DNA of 64,000 nucleotides from Candidatus Burarchaeum sp. (GTDB lineage Archaea; Micrarchaeota; Micrarchaeia; Burarchaeales; Burarchaeaceae): contig JAUSNF010000021.1 of assembly GCA_030646255.1 (NCBI GenBank), positions 9,340 through 73,339 of the forward strand, read 5' to 3'. The notes below the pieces were generated by a model. That model worked only from the letters and a program-made list of their open reading frames with translations, was not told where the DNA came from and ran no database searches. Positions 39,531-49,404 of the stretch are shown one piece after another; the first letter of the stretch is position 1; the number at the start of each line of letters is the position of its first letter. The position numbers were made by a program, and so were the translations under genes.

Positions 39531-40685
39531 ATGCAAAAAATCCAATCTCTGCACAGTAGGATGTGCACTCGGCGTTTTGAAAATAAACTGCAGCTCCTGC
39601 GCGAGCGCTGGGTCGAAGGCCGGCCTGCTGATGAAGCGGCAGATCGCTTCGTAGGCCTCAGCCTCGGAACCCGCCGCGACTTCTTCTACAGGCTCTTGCC
39701 AAGCAAGCAAAAGCTGTATGCAGTGGATTTGCTGGCCCTTGAGCTGGTTGCCACGCGGGCACGTAGGACGCAGGAGGAAGCGCATATCGCGCAGGCAATG
39801 GCATGCGCGGGAAAATTCGGCATCCCACAGCTCGAATCGCTGGTTGAAACCGGGATTACGAAAAAAATATCTAATACGGCGTTCAGACAGGAGTCTGACA
39901 ATCCCTCTACAGGACTCTTCCCATTCACTCTGCGCGGGACATTCTGGCGCGCACCCGGGCTCATGCAGATATTCACAGCGGCATACCTGCGGCTCGGGGA
40001 GCTGTTCAGCCGCAGCAGCCCGGAGTACGCAGAAAAATATTATGCTGGCGCAATTGTGCTCGACTCGAAGAACGCCAAGGCATATGTTGCGCGGGGCAAT
40101 ATCTGGCTGCGGCAGGCCAGGACATCCGCCAACTCCAAGGAATCTGCCGGCGGCACTGAAAACGTCGTCAAGTTCCTTACGAATGCCCTTGCGGATTTCG
40201 ACAAGGCACTTGGGCTAGACCCGGGCCATGCAGAAGCCCATTATGGAAAAGGCATGGCGCTGGCTGAGTGGGGCCTCTTGGAAGACGCCATAAGCCAATA
40301 CTCTGCAGCAATACTTCACAACCCGATGCATGCGCAGGCATACACGGAAATGGCCCTTGCAAACCTGACGCTTGGGTTGGAGGCTTGCAGGAGGGAAGGC
40401 ACACCTCCAAACGCCCCTTCAGTTTTTTTGCACCCCGATGAGTTATTGGCGCTTCCAGAAGAAGAATTCAACAAGCTGGGCGCAATAGATCCAATAATGG
40501 ATGCGTTCGATAACTGCGACAAGGCAATCAAATTGGACCCGAAACTGGCAAGAGCCCTGTATATCCGCTCCATACTCAACAACCTCCTGGGCAATTCCGA
40601 TTCTGCAGATGAGGACTTCCGCACTGCGTGCAGCCTGGATCCCGAAATGCCGCCTGACGTCGAACGAATTTCATACCCGGGCTGA
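39531..40685 (+). CDS. TPR-repeat protein
   Basis: Multiple 34-aa AxxY/A..G..L repeats. Confidence 0.6.
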   Translation: MQKIQSLHSRMCTRRFENKLQLLRERWVEGRPADEAADRFVGLSLGTRRDFFYRLLPSKQKLYAVDLLALELVATRARRTQEEAHIAQAMACAGKFGIPQLESLVETGITKKISNTAFRQESDNPSTGLFPFTLRGTFWRAPGLMQIFTAAYLRLGELFSRSSPEYAEKYYAGAIVLDSKNAKAYVARGNIWLRQARTSANSKESAGGTENVVKFLTNALADFDKALGLDPGHAEAHYGKGMALAEWGLLEDAISQYSAAILHNPMHAQAYTEMALANLTLGLEACRREGTPPNAPSVFLHPDELLALPEEEFNKLGAIDPIMDAFDNCDKAIKLDPKLARALYIRSILNNLLGNSDSADEDFRTACSLDPEMPPDVERISYPG

Positions 40686-40694
40686 GGCCATTTT

Positions 40695-41522
40695 ATGCAC
40701 AAAACAACCCAAGGTTTTCAAAAAACTCCCCGCATTCCCTCTCCCGCCACGGCACCTCTGGCAGAACCTCTCCAAATCCAACCTACAAGCCAGGAGCTCA
40801 TGTACGGTTGGTTTGCGAAAAAGGGATGGCTCACGAAGCGCGGCAAGCCAAGGGCCCAATGGGCTCAAAATCCCGATGCCAAGGCAGAATCAGTAAGGCA
40901 GTTGGTGGTTGCCCTGAAGAAAGATCCTCGCGACCTCGAATTCAATGACTTCCACTTCAACTACCTCTCCGGCCTTATATCCAACTACTACAACGGCAGC
41001 GTATATGCCGCAGTCTCAGACGCATTCCCCGAGCTCAATATCCTTCCATGGGAACTTATGCAAACGCCCCGCGGTTTCTACGAATCCAAGGAAAACCGCA
41101 TCGCAGCCGTCAAATGGCTAGTTGAAAAACTTGGCAAAGATCCGCGCGACATCACAGTCGAAGACTTCCACTCCAACCGCCTCGGTGGCCTTCTGCTGCG
41201 CAACTACAACGACAGCCCCTATGCCGCAGTCTCAGAAGCATTCCCGGAGCTGAACATACATCCATGGGAAATGTTATCGACGCCCCGCGGTTTCAATGAA
41301 TCCAAGGAAAACCGCATCGCAGCCGTCAAATGGCTAGTTGAAAAACTTGGCAAAGACCCAAGAGACATCACAGTCGAAGATTTCCGCTCCAACCGCCTCG
41401 GAGGCCTCCTCAATGCTTACTATCGCGACAGCCCCTACCTTGCCCTTCTCGAGGCTGGCCTGGTCACGCAAGCAGACGAAGCATATATGAAAAGCCGAGG
41501 CCTAAAACGCGCGACAGCCTAG
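40695..41522 (+). CDS. Protein with a 3x tandem ~72-aa repeat, unknown function
   Basis: Repeats ...PRGFxESKENRIAAVKWLVEKLGKDPRDITVEDFxSNRLGGLL...; a 59-nt perfect DNA repeat at 41082-41140 and 41298-41356. Confidence 0.5.
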   Translation: MHKTTQGFQKTPRIPSPATAPLAEPLQIQPTSQELMYGWFAKKGWLTKRGKPRAQWAQNPDAKAESVRQLVVALKKDPRDLEFNDFHFNYLSGLISNYYNGSVYAAVSDAFPELNILPWELMQTPRGFYESKENRIAAVKWLVEKLGKDPRDITVEDFHSNRLGGLLLRNYNDSPYAAVSEAFPELNIHPWEMLSTPRGFNESKENRIAAVKWLVEKLGKDPRDITVEDFRSNRLGGLLNAYYRDSPYLALLEAGLVTQADEAYMKSRGLKRATA

Positions 41523-42076
41523 GCGCCTTCCTTCCTCTCCGGGTGCTCCACCCAGAGTTTGCGCCTCTCGTCGTTCAGCCTTCTCCTTCCGCGCTCCAAG
41601 AATTTGTAAACAGTCGAGTGCATCGCGCCCTCTATGAGCATGCCAATGGCCTGCTCTGCAAGCGCAACCTCGTCAACCAGGCCGATTATGGCGACCGTGT
41701 GCCCATATACGCATACATCGGCATCGCTGCACTGCTCGATAATCAGCCTAGTCCTGCCCTGCTCGCCAATCACGCGGCCCTTCACGCGCGCAAGTTCATT
41801 GTCCGAGTCGAACAGGATGCGCAGGTCCATGATTTTCAGATAGTAGTCCTCATCAGTGAGCTTTAGCGCCCTCTCAGGTGCGAAGCCTCTTCCAATAGCA
41901 AGCACCACATCTTTTGCGCGCCACTCATCGAGCGGGTCCTTGGCCTTTACCTCGACCTCGCCCTCCTCGCTTACCTTGAGCTTGCACCTGCACAGCTTCT
42001 CTAGCTTGCGCTTGTCCTTTCCCTTCTCGCCCACGAGCACTCCGACCCGCTCCTCAGGTATGTTGACAAGCTGCAT
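41519..42076 (-). CDS. KH-domain RNA-binding protein (Dim2/Pno1-like)
   Basis: Two KH GxxG motifs (VGEKGK, IGEQGR). Confidence 0.65.
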   Translation of the reverse strand: MQLVNIPEERVGVLVGEKGKDKRKLEKLCRCKLKVSEEGEVEVKAKDPLDEWRAKDVVLAIGRGFAPERALKLTDEDYYLKIMDLRILFDSDNELARVKGRVIGEQGRTRLIIEQCSDADVCVYGHTVAIIGLVDEVALAEQAIGMLIEGAMHSTVYKFLERGRRRLNDERRKLWVEHPERKEGA

Positions 42077-42130
42077 GCCGTCTACTAAGCAAGGCTAATC
42101 TTATTACATTTATCCCAACCAACTTTCATT

Positions 42131-42760
42131 ATGCCTTCCAACTCCGACCTCATCGCGCACCTCCTCGAGTCCGGTTATGCAGATGCGCGGGTGGCAGATG
42201 CAATGCGTAAAATCGACCGCATCAACTTCATTCCAGCCGAGCTCGCCCCCCACGTCTATCACGACACACCGCTGCCAATCGGCCATGGCCAAACTATCAG
42301 CGCGCCCGGCATTGTCGCATTGATGAGCAAGCTTCTCGACGTGCGCGAGGGCATGACTGTTTTAGAAGTTGGCTCAGGCAGCGGCTACCAGGCAGCTATT
42401 TTAGCCGAACTCGTAGGCAAGCGCGGCCGCATAATTACACTCGAGCGCATTGAGTGGCTTGTTTCATTTGCAAAAGAAAACTGCAATCGCGCGGGCTACA
42501 AGAATATTGAGTTTATTCATGGCGACGGAAGCAAAGGCCACTCTGCAAAAGCGCCCTACGCGCGCATAATCGTAACAGCCGCCGCGCGCTCAGTTCCAAA
42601 AGCCCTCACAGACCAGCTGGCAGAAGGCGGCAAGCTCGTTATACCTGTGGGCCAGCCTTATAGACAGGACTTGCTCGTGATAGACAAGCTCGCGGGCGGC
42701 GAGCTGCGCACCGAGCCCAGCATACCGGTTATTTTTGTGCCGCTGATAGAAGGTTATTAA
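42131..42760 (+). CDS. pcm: Protein-L-isoaspartate O-methyltransferase
   Basis: GQTISAPGIVALM and VLEVGSGSGY SAM motif. Confidence 0.9.
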   Translation: MPSNSDLIAHLLESGYADARVADAMRKIDRINFIPAELAPHVYHDTPLPIGHGQTISAPGIVALMSKLLDVREGMTVLEVGSGSGYQAAILAELVGKRGRIITLERIEWLVSFAKENCNRAGYKNIEFIHGDGSKGHSAKAPYARIIVTAAARSVPKALTDQLAEGGKLVIPVGQPYRQDLLVIDKLAGGELRTEPSIPVIFVPLIEGY

Positions 42761-42811
42761 ATATTCGCGGGCACAATTCCTTTGCTCCGTTGATACAAAA
42801 TTGAGGGGCAG

Positions 42812-43309
42812 GTGTTTTTCATGGGTATGTATAAGTACATCAAGCAGACGCTACAAAAGGAATACGCGACTCGTTCTCCTGAATACAGGGCAAGGCTCAC
42901 TTCCTGGGGCAAGCAGCCCACTACTATCAGGGTTGAGAAGCCCACGAACCTTGCGAGAGCACGCGAGCTCGGCTACAAGGCCAGGCAGGGCGTTGTAATT
43001 GTGCGCGTGCGCGTAAGGCGCGGCAGGAGGAAGCGCGAGAAGGCCGACCTCGGCAGGAAGCCGGGAAAGGCCGGCAGGTTCTTCTCGCCGGGCAAGTCGC
43101 TCCAGCGCATTGCGGAGGAGCGCGCCAACATCCACTACCCGAACTGCGAGGTGCTGAACAGCTACTGGGTCGGCGCGACCGGGCAGGACAAGTACTTCGA
43201 GGTCATACTCTACGACAGGGCGCACCCTGCGAACAAGGACATGCCGAAGCAGGTGGGCAGGGTCTTCAGGGGCCTCACGCACTCGGGCAAGAAGGGCAGG
43301 TCGCTCTGA
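42812..43309 (+). CDS. rpl15e: Ribosomal protein L15e
   Basis: MYKYIKQT...; very basic; the start is probably the internal MGMYKYI. Confidence 0.9.
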   Translation: MFFMGMYKYIKQTLQKEYATRSPEYRARLTSWGKQPTTIRVEKPTNLARARELGYKARQGVVIVRVRVRRGRRKREKADLGRKPGKAGRFFSPGKSLQRIAEERANIHYPNCEVLNSYWVGATGQDKYFEVILYDRAHPANKDMPKQVGRVFRGLTHSGKKGRSL

Positions 43310-43540
43310 AATAGGTGAGCCTGTGAACGTAACTCTGGGCACGCCCTTCAAGGCGCTTCTCCATAAGGCAGTAGAGGTTGAACTGCAGAAAATGGAAGGA
43401 CGGCGCTGGCTGCCAATGAAAGAAGTAATGAAGAAGGCAGGGCTCTGAAACGCGATGTTTTTCCTTTATTCTTTTAGGAATATTTCTGTCAAAAAATATT
43501 ATAAAGCCCGGGCGCAGCGATAGAATGCAAACCAAGAGGT

Positions 43541-44257
43541 GTGCATATGTGCGGTCAGGTAAGCGTTTCAACAAATCAAAGAACAGAGGCCGTTTCTCTA
43601 CAGCACGGAGTTAAACTTATTCAGGCCTTTTCAACCCGCCTGCTCCAGAAGAATGCGCCCACAGAGCGCGTCAGGCTTCCGGGGGACGTGCTTGCAGGAG
43701 GCAAACCTGCGATTGAACAGTATATAAAGGAAAATTATGGCACGGGGAAGCTGGAGAGCCGGAATCTAAGGGCGCAAAGTTATGTAGAAAAGAATTATGA
43801 CATACTGCTCCTGGAGGGCTTCAAGACCGCGGCGCCACAAGCGGTGTTGGACAAATGGGCCCCTATTGTATTGGAAGACCTCAGATCACAAGGCCTTCTG
43901 CGCCCCGCTCCTTTAGAGCTTGTTGAGGTCAAGGGGCTGAATGGCATCAACTTAGATTCTACAGACCTTTCGGGCTTCAAATTTACCCGGGTCGCGGCTC
44001 CGAACGCAACATTCTGGCGCACCCGCGCAATATCAGAGACAACCATCGATGGGGGCGTTTTCAACGGAATCGAGGTATCATTCGCAGACTGGGTGGGCGT
44101 GAAGTTTATCAATGACGTGAATGTGCGGGACTCCTATTTCCGCGAAGTATTTATCACAAAAGAAGGCACCAGCGGCGGCGATTTCGGGTGTGCAACCGGT
44201 GTGAGCGACGGCGGCATGAGGTTCGTGAAGCCGCAGCCGGAGACGATACGGCAATAA
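43541..44257 (+). CDS. Hypothetical protein with C-terminal pentapeptide-like repeats
   Basis: A(D/N)LSGxKF-like repeats. Confidence 0.4.
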   Translation: MHMCGQVSVSTNQRTEAVSLQHGVKLIQAFSTRLLQKNAPTERVRLPGDVLAGGKPAIEQYIKENYGTGKLESRNLRAQSYVEKNYDILLLEGFKTAAPQAVLDKWAPIVLEDLRSQGLLRPAPLELVEVKGLNGINLDSTDLSGFKFTRVAAPNATFWRTRAISETTIDGGVFNGIEVSFADWVGVKFINDVNVRDSYFREVFITKEGTSGGDFGCATGVSDGGMRFVKPQPETIRQ

Positions 44258-44371
44258 CTGCAACGAAACCTCGCTCTCCCGGCCGCACTTCTGGCAGGCG
44301 CACATAAGAAAAGCTTAAATCTGCCCTAGTGCACAACGCCCTACTAATTTGAACGATGCGGGCGGCTGGAC

Positions 44372-44890
44372 ATGGCGCAGAAACAAGAACCACCTAAAGG
44401 CAAGAAAGAAAAGAAAAAGCCTTCCAGGTCCGGCGTGCTGTCCGCACACCCTATCGCGCGTTCTCCTTATCAGAGGCTTTCAAATATGAAACCTGCCCCA
44501 GACGTAAATCCGCCCTCGAAAAACGGCAGATCAAAATATTTCCGGCCGCAGAAATGCATCGATGCCATCAGGAGTTCGACCACTCCCGCCACAACGCAGA
44601 TGAACCTGGGCGTGCTGGCCTTGTTCATAAAGAATTATGCGGGCGACCTGCCCCTTGACCTGAGCGGCCTAGACCTCTCGGGACTCTACCTTCCGCACGC
44701 CAACTTAACCGGCGCGAACCTCGCACGCACAAAATTCATAGGCGCCACCCTCGATGGAGCCGATTTCACAGGCGCCACCCTCACGGACGCCATATTCAAA
44801 AACGCCTACCTCAAAGACGCCATCTTCCCGCGCGAGCACGCGGATCTGCTGTCAGATGACCAAAAGAGGCAGATTAAAGAGTGGGCCTGA
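44372..44890 (+). CDS. Pentapeptide-repeat protein
   Basis: LDLSGLDLSGLYLPHANLTGANLARTKFIGATLDGADFTGATLTDAIF. Confidence 0.7.
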   Translation: MAQKQEPPKGKKEKKKPSRSGVLSAHPIARSPYQRLSNMKPAPDVNPPSKNGRSKYFRPQKCIDAIRSSTTPATTQMNLGVLALFIKNYAGDLPLDLSGLDLSGLYLPHANLTGANLARTKFIGATLDGADFTGATLTDAIFKNAYLKDAIFPREHADLLSDDQKRQIKEWA

Positions 44891-44925
44891 GCAACCTATT
44901 TTAACCGTGCCTTCGCAATAGCCTC

Positions 44926-45474
44926 ATGGCCTATTACGACATGCACGTGAGGTTCAAGCCTTCTGCGTCAGACCTGCGCGAGCTGGGCTTTGCCTCTGCA
45001 TGCACCGGAGGCGAGCAGGTTCAGGAATGCGTAATACACAATGAAAACGAGCTTTCGCAGGCTCCTGCGAAGGGCAAGATATCAATTCTCGCATGCGAGA
45101 ATCCCGAGCTCCTGCGCAAGGGCGTGAAGCGCTTCGACCTTTTCTTCGTATCGTCATTCTACCCGGACACAGCGCTCATGCGCGAGGTTGCGCGCGAGGA
45201 GAAGGCTTTCGAAATACCGGTTAACGGGCTGCTGCGCTCAGGAGGCTACGCAAGGGCCAACCTGCTTGCAAGGATGCGCTTCTTCGTGCGGCTGTGCATA
45301 AAGTACAAGGCGGATTTTGTGCTGACCAGCAGGGCGAGCGACAGGCTTGAAATGAAGAGTGTGGATGAGCTGATTGCGATTGCAGGCATGCTCGGGCTTG
45401 AGCCACAGCAAGCAAAGCATTCTCTTTCAGATGTGGCTGGGCGCATAATCAGCGAAGCAGCCTCACGCCACTAA
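44926..45474 (+). CDS. rnp3: RNase P protein component Rpp30-like
   Basis: N-terminal YDMHV; size and position next to pop5/psmA. Confidence 0.5.
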   Translation: MAYYDMHVRFKPSASDLRELGFASACTGGEQVQECVIHNENELSQAPAKGKISILACENPELLRKGVKRFDLFFVSSFYPDTALMREVAREEKAFEIPVNGLLRSGGYARANLLARMRFFVRLCIKYKADFVLTSRASDRLEMKSVDELIAIAGMLGLEPQQAKHSLSDVAGRIISEAASRH

Positions 45475-45832
45475 TGCCATGGAAATGGGAATCGTAAGTA
45501 ACAAGCAAAGCCGATTTCTGCTGGGCAGCGGTAAGTATTATTGCGTCTGCAAGGGACAATCTATGCTTTATCGCATTATTTGCTGCCTCCTCACACAAGA
45601 AAGAATCAACATCAACAATCTCGCTATTGCTCTTGACAAACCAAAGCTTGGACTCTCTTTCTGAACGCGGTATTCCGACGCCCAGCATCTTTTTCTTGAT
45701 TTCGAAAAGGGACAAAGCGCATGTGAATTTGCGCATCTCGTCATTTTCCGCATAACCTGCCGCTTGTTCTTCTCCACTAACAAGATATGTAATCCAAACC
45801 GAAGAGTCAAGTAAAACCCTAGTATCTGTCAT
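45449..45832 (-). CDS. vapC: PIN-domain VapC toxin
   Basis: N-terminal LLDSSVW with conserved acidic residues; 14-nt overlap with the upstream small gene. Confidence 0.7.
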   Translation of the reverse strand: MTDTRVLLDSSVWITYLVSGEEQAAGYAENDEMRKFTCALSLFEIKKKMLGVGIPRSERESKLWFVKSNSEIVDVDSFLCEEAANNAIKHRLSLADAIILTAAQQKSALLVTYDSHFHGISGVRLLR

Positions 45833-46034
45833 GCTCGTCCCTCAGTCCTTTCAATGCTTCTTCTCTCGATTTGAAATACTTCTGAAGAGACCCACGCATA
45901 GATTTGGGCGCGGCCTTTTTTCTCACAAGATGGGAAATAATGTCGTCGTAAGAACTCGCCTTTTCTTTCTTCCTGAGCTCCTTTAGCATAGCTATCGTCT
46001 GCACCCGAAGTTGTACTGTTGAGAATTCTCCCAT
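45819..46034 (-). CDS. vapB: VapB-like antitoxin
   Basis: 71 aa, overlaps vapC. Confidence 0.45.
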   Translation of the reverse strand: MGEFSTVQLRVQTIAMLKELRKKEKASSYDDIISHLVRKKAAPKSMRGSLQKYFKSREEALKGLRDEHDRY

Positions 46035-46105
46035 GCGCTCACCTGCTTATATTCTATAAGTTATAGCCTATAGATTTTTAAACCTTTCCTTCGTATCCTA
46101 TATCT

Positions 46106-46435
46106 ATGACGTTGAAGCCAAGCATGCGCGAGAAGTGGCGCTACGTTTCATTCAGGCTTGAGGTAGAGGGCGAGCTGAGTGCAAGCGAGGCAAAGGACGG
46201 CATTGAGAAGGGCGTCATACGCTTCCTCGGCGAGCTGGGCGCCTCGATAGCGAAGCCCAAGGTGCTCGAGTACGGTGCGCAGGAGCGCGAGGGCATCGTA
46301 AGGTGCGAGACTGCGGGCGTGGGCGGGGTGCGCGCTGCCCTTGCGCTAATCAATAATTTAGGCGGCAAGAGGTGCGCAGTGCGCACGCTCAAGACGAGCG
46401 GCACTATTGCAGGGCTTGGCGTGAAGCACCGCTAA
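46106..46435 (+). CDS. rnp2: RNase P protein component Pop5
   Basis: LKPSMREKWRYVSF matches the Pop5 N-terminus. Confidence 0.7.
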   Translation: MTLKPSMREKWRYVSFRLEVEGELSASEAKDGIEKGVIRFLGELGASIAKPKVLEYGAQEREGIVRCETAGVGGVRAALALINNLGGKRCAVRTLKTSGTIAGLGVKHR

Positions 46436-46486
46436 ACCCTTTTAAATATATAGCGTTCCAACTACTTCATAGTTCTGTTCACAGAG

Positions 46487-47203
46487 GTGAAATCAATGTA
46501 TCCAGCTGTAAATCCACAGGCTTACGACAGGGCCATAACCGTATTCAGCCCTGACGGCAGGCTGTTCCAGGTAGAATATGCGAAGGAAGCCGTGAGGCGC
46601 GGAGCGACTGCAGTGGGCGTAGTGGGCGCAGATGCAGTAGTGCTCGTGGCCTTCAAGAACCTCACCTCAAACTTGCTCGTGAACGAGTCCATGAAGAAGG
46701 TGTACAAGATTGACGACCACCTTGCGGCAACTGCCAGCGGGCTGGTCGCGGATGCGCGCAGGCTCGTGGACATCGCGCGCCTCGAGGCGCAGAAGCACAA
46801 GCTGCAGTACAACGAGCCCATATCGGTCGAGCAGCTCAGCAGGCACCTGTGCGACCTTATGCAGATTTACACGCAGTACGGGGGCATCAGGCCCTTCGGA
46901 GTTTCCCTGCTCATGGGCGGAGTGGACGGCGAACCGAGGCTCTACGAAGTGGAGCCCAGCGGCGCGCTCACTGGCTACAAGGCCTATGCAATCGGCTCGG
47001 GCAAGAAGGACGCCGAGGCATTCTTCGAGAAGGAGTACAAGGACGGCATGAAGATGGAAGAGTGCATAGAGCTCGCGCTCAAGGCTCTCAAGAAGAGCGA
47101 GAACGTGAAGTTCAAGCCCGAGAACATCGACATAGCGGTTGCCACAAAGGCCACGAAGACATTCAAGGTGCTTGAGCCGGCCGAATCCGTAAAGTACCTC
47201 TGA
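46487..47203 (+). CDS. psmA: Proteasome alpha subunit
   Basis: YDRAITVFSPDGRLFQVEYA. Confidence 0.95.
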   Translation: MKSMYPAVNPQAYDRAITVFSPDGRLFQVEYAKEAVRRGATAVGVVGADAVVLVAFKNLTSNLLVNESMKKVYKIDDHLAATASGLVADARRLVDIARLEAQKHKLQYNEPISVEQLSRHLCDLMQIYTQYGGIRPFGVSLLMGGVDGEPRLYEVEPSGALTGYKAYAIGSGKKDAEAFFEKEYKDGMKMEECIELALKALKKSENVKFKPENIDIAVATKATKTFKVLEPAESVKYL

Positions 47204-47230
47204 TGATTGCTGCCCTGAGAGGGCAATTTT

Positions 47231-47926
47231 ATGACATCGCTCGAGAAGTCGGTAATAGCGCATCTTGACATGCAGGGCGAGCACTTCGAACTGCTGGTGG
47301 ATGCCGACCTTGCCTACATGTACAAGACGGGCAAGAAGACTGACTTGGCAAATGTTCTGGTGGTGGAGGAAGTATTCAAGGACGCGAAGAAGAGCGAGAG
47401 GCACAAGAGCGAACTGCTGCAGAAGATGTTCAAGACTACGGACATAAACGAGATTGCGAAGCAGATAATACAACGGGGTGAACTGCAGCTGACGACAGAC
47501 CAGCGCAGGAAAATGCTGGAGGACAAGAGGAAGCAGATAGTGGCGATAATCGCGCGCGAGTGCATTGACCCGCGCACGGGCGCGCCGCACCCTCCTGCAA
47601 GAATCGAGAAGGCGATGGAGGAGGCGCGCGTGCACATAGACGCCACCAAGAGCGCCGAGGCGCAGCTCGAGGAAGTCATGAGCTCCCTGCGGCCGCTGCT
47701 GCCCCTCAAGTTCGAGAAGCTGCGCATTGCGGTCAGAATTCCCGCGGAGTTTGCGTCCAAGGCATTCGGCTCGCTCAAGGAGTTCAACATGCAGCAGGAT
47801 GAATGGCAGAAGGACGGCTCGCTCATCGCGGTTGTCGAGATTCCCGCCGGAACGCAGGGAGACTTCTACGACCGCGTGAACAAGCTGACCGCGGGCAAGG
47901 TCGAGACAAAGGTCCTGAAAAAGTAG
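47231..47926 (+). CDS. SBDS-family ribosome maturation protein
   Basis: SBDS-like N-terminal domain; conserved superoperon position. Confidence 0.8.
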   Translation: MTSLEKSVIAHLDMQGEHFELLVDADLAYMYKTGKKTDLANVLVVEEVFKDAKKSERHKSELLQKMFKTTDINEIAKQIIQRGELQLTTDQRRKMLEDKRKQIVAIIARECIDPRTGAPHPPARIEKAMEEARVHIDATKSAEAQLEEVMSSLRPLLPLKFEKLRIAVRIPAEFASKAFGSLKEFNMQQDEWQKDGSLIAVVEIPAGTQGDFYDRVNKLTAGKVETKVLKK

Positions 47927-47987
47927 GCGGAAACGGGATGCGGGCGGAAAACGGAAATTCGTGATTTGCGATAACAGGTGATTTTGG

Positions 47988-48587
47988 ATGGCAGGAAAAT
48001 TGGTGGTTCCAGGCGAGATAATCGCCGAAGGCTCGAAAGGCGGCGTGAATGCCTACAGCGAAGATGGCAAGATACGCTCTGAAGTAATCGGCATCGTGGA
48101 CGAGCAGAAGGGCCGTGTCATACCCTTGAACGGCCAATACATACCAACGGCGGGCGATTGGGTAATCGGCGTGGTGCAGGACGTGAAGTACGCGGGCTGC
48201 GGCGTTGAGATAAAGTCCGCCTACCGCGCATTCATACTCAACAAGATGACGCGCATTGAGTTCAAGATGGGCGATGTGGTGGGCGCGACTATTGAGCGCG
48301 TTGACGAGGCGCGCAACATTGACCTGGCCGAGCCCCGCAGGCTAGTGGGCGGCGAGATTCTTGTGATTAGCGCCGTGAAAGTGCCGCGCGTGATTGGCAG
48401 GGCAAACTCGATGATAAACATGCTCATAACGGAGACGGGCAGCGAGATTCTCGTTGGCAGGAATGGAAGGATATGGATAAAGGGCGGCAAGAGCGCGCTC
48501 GCGGTGCGCGCAATTCTGACAATCGAGCGCGAGGCGCACACGCAAGGGCTAACGGACCGCATAACTGAATTGCTGAAGACCGGGTGA
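47988..48587 (+). CDS. rrp4: Exosome subunit Rrp4 (S1+KH), compact
   Basis: KH GxxG IGRANSMINML; position. Confidence 0.75.
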   Translation: MAGKLVVPGEIIAEGSKGGVNAYSEDGKIRSEVIGIVDEQKGRVIPLNGQYIPTAGDWVIGVVQDVKYAGCGVEIKSAYRAFILNKMTRIEFKMGDVVGATIERVDEARNIDLAEPRRLVGGEILVISAVKVPRVIGRANSMINMLITETGSEILVGRNGRIWIKGGKSALAVRAILTIEREAHTQGLTDRITELLKTG

Positions 48588-48632
48588 AGAAAAGATAGCT
48601 ACAATTGCGTTGCAAAAAACAAAGGTGATTGA

Positions 48633-49400
48633 ATGGTTGGTGGAGCTACCACAAAGGAGCTCATTGTGAATGGAAAACGGCTGGACGGCCGCGCGCTGGA
48701 CGAGCTGAGGCCCATAAAGATAGAGGCCTCGGTGCTCAACAAGGCGGACGGTTCAGCCTACGTAGAGTGGGGAAAGAACAAGGTGATTGCAGGCGTATTC
48801 GGGCCGCGCGAGTGCTTCCCGAGGCGGGATGTCAATCCATACCGCGCAACGCTCAGGTGCAGGTACCGCATGTCGCCCTTTGCGACAAGCGACCATGGCA
48901 GGAGCGGGCCGAACAGGCGCTCGACCGAACTTTCCAAGGTGATAAGGGAAGCCTTCGAGGGCGTTGTTCTGCGCGAGCAGTTCCCGAAGACTGCCATAGA
49001 CGTCACGGTCGAAGTTCTGCAGGCTGACGGCGGCACAAGGTGCGCCTCGCTGGTTGCAGTCTCAACCGCGCTCGCTGATGCGGGCATACCTATGAAGGAT
49101 TTGGTGAGTGCAGTCGCAGTGGGCAAGATAAATGGCAAGCTCGCACTCGACCTCACGGGCGTTGAGGACAACTTCGGAGACAGTGATATACCCGTGGCAA
49201 TAACAGGCCGCAACAAGGAAATAGTGCTGTTCCAGATGGACGGCGTGCTCCTGCCCGAGCAGATTTCGCAGGCGCTTAAGATGGCGTCTGCGGCAAACGA
49301 GCACATACACGCACTGCAGGTGGACGCGCTCAAGCTCGTCTACGAATCTAAGCAGGCGCAGGGCGGTGCCCGCACGGGCGCAGCTTCGGAGGAGGACTGA
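48633..49400 (+). CDS. rrp41: Exosome subunit Rrp41 (RNase PH)
   Basis: RNase PH fold motifs. Confidence 0.9.
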   Translation: MVGGATTKELIVNGKRLDGRALDELRPIKIEASVLNKADGSAYVEWGKNKVIAGVFGPRECFPRRDVNPYRATLRCRYRMSPFATSDHGRSGPNRRSTELSKVIREAFEGVVLREQFPKTAIDVTVEVLQADGGTRCASLVAVSTALADAGIPMKDLVSAVAVGKINGKLALDLTGVEDNFGDSDIPVAITGRNKEIVLFQMDGVLLPEQISQALKMASAANEHIHALQVDALKLVYESKQAQGGARTGAASEED

Positions 49401-49404
49401 TTAT

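Noticed and set aside
43326-43451. Small GTG-initiated ORF (VNVTLGTPFKALLHKAVEVELQKMEGRRWLPMKEVMKKAGL) downstream of rpl15e.
   Set aside because: No recognisable family. It could be a real small protein but the evidence is too thin to call.
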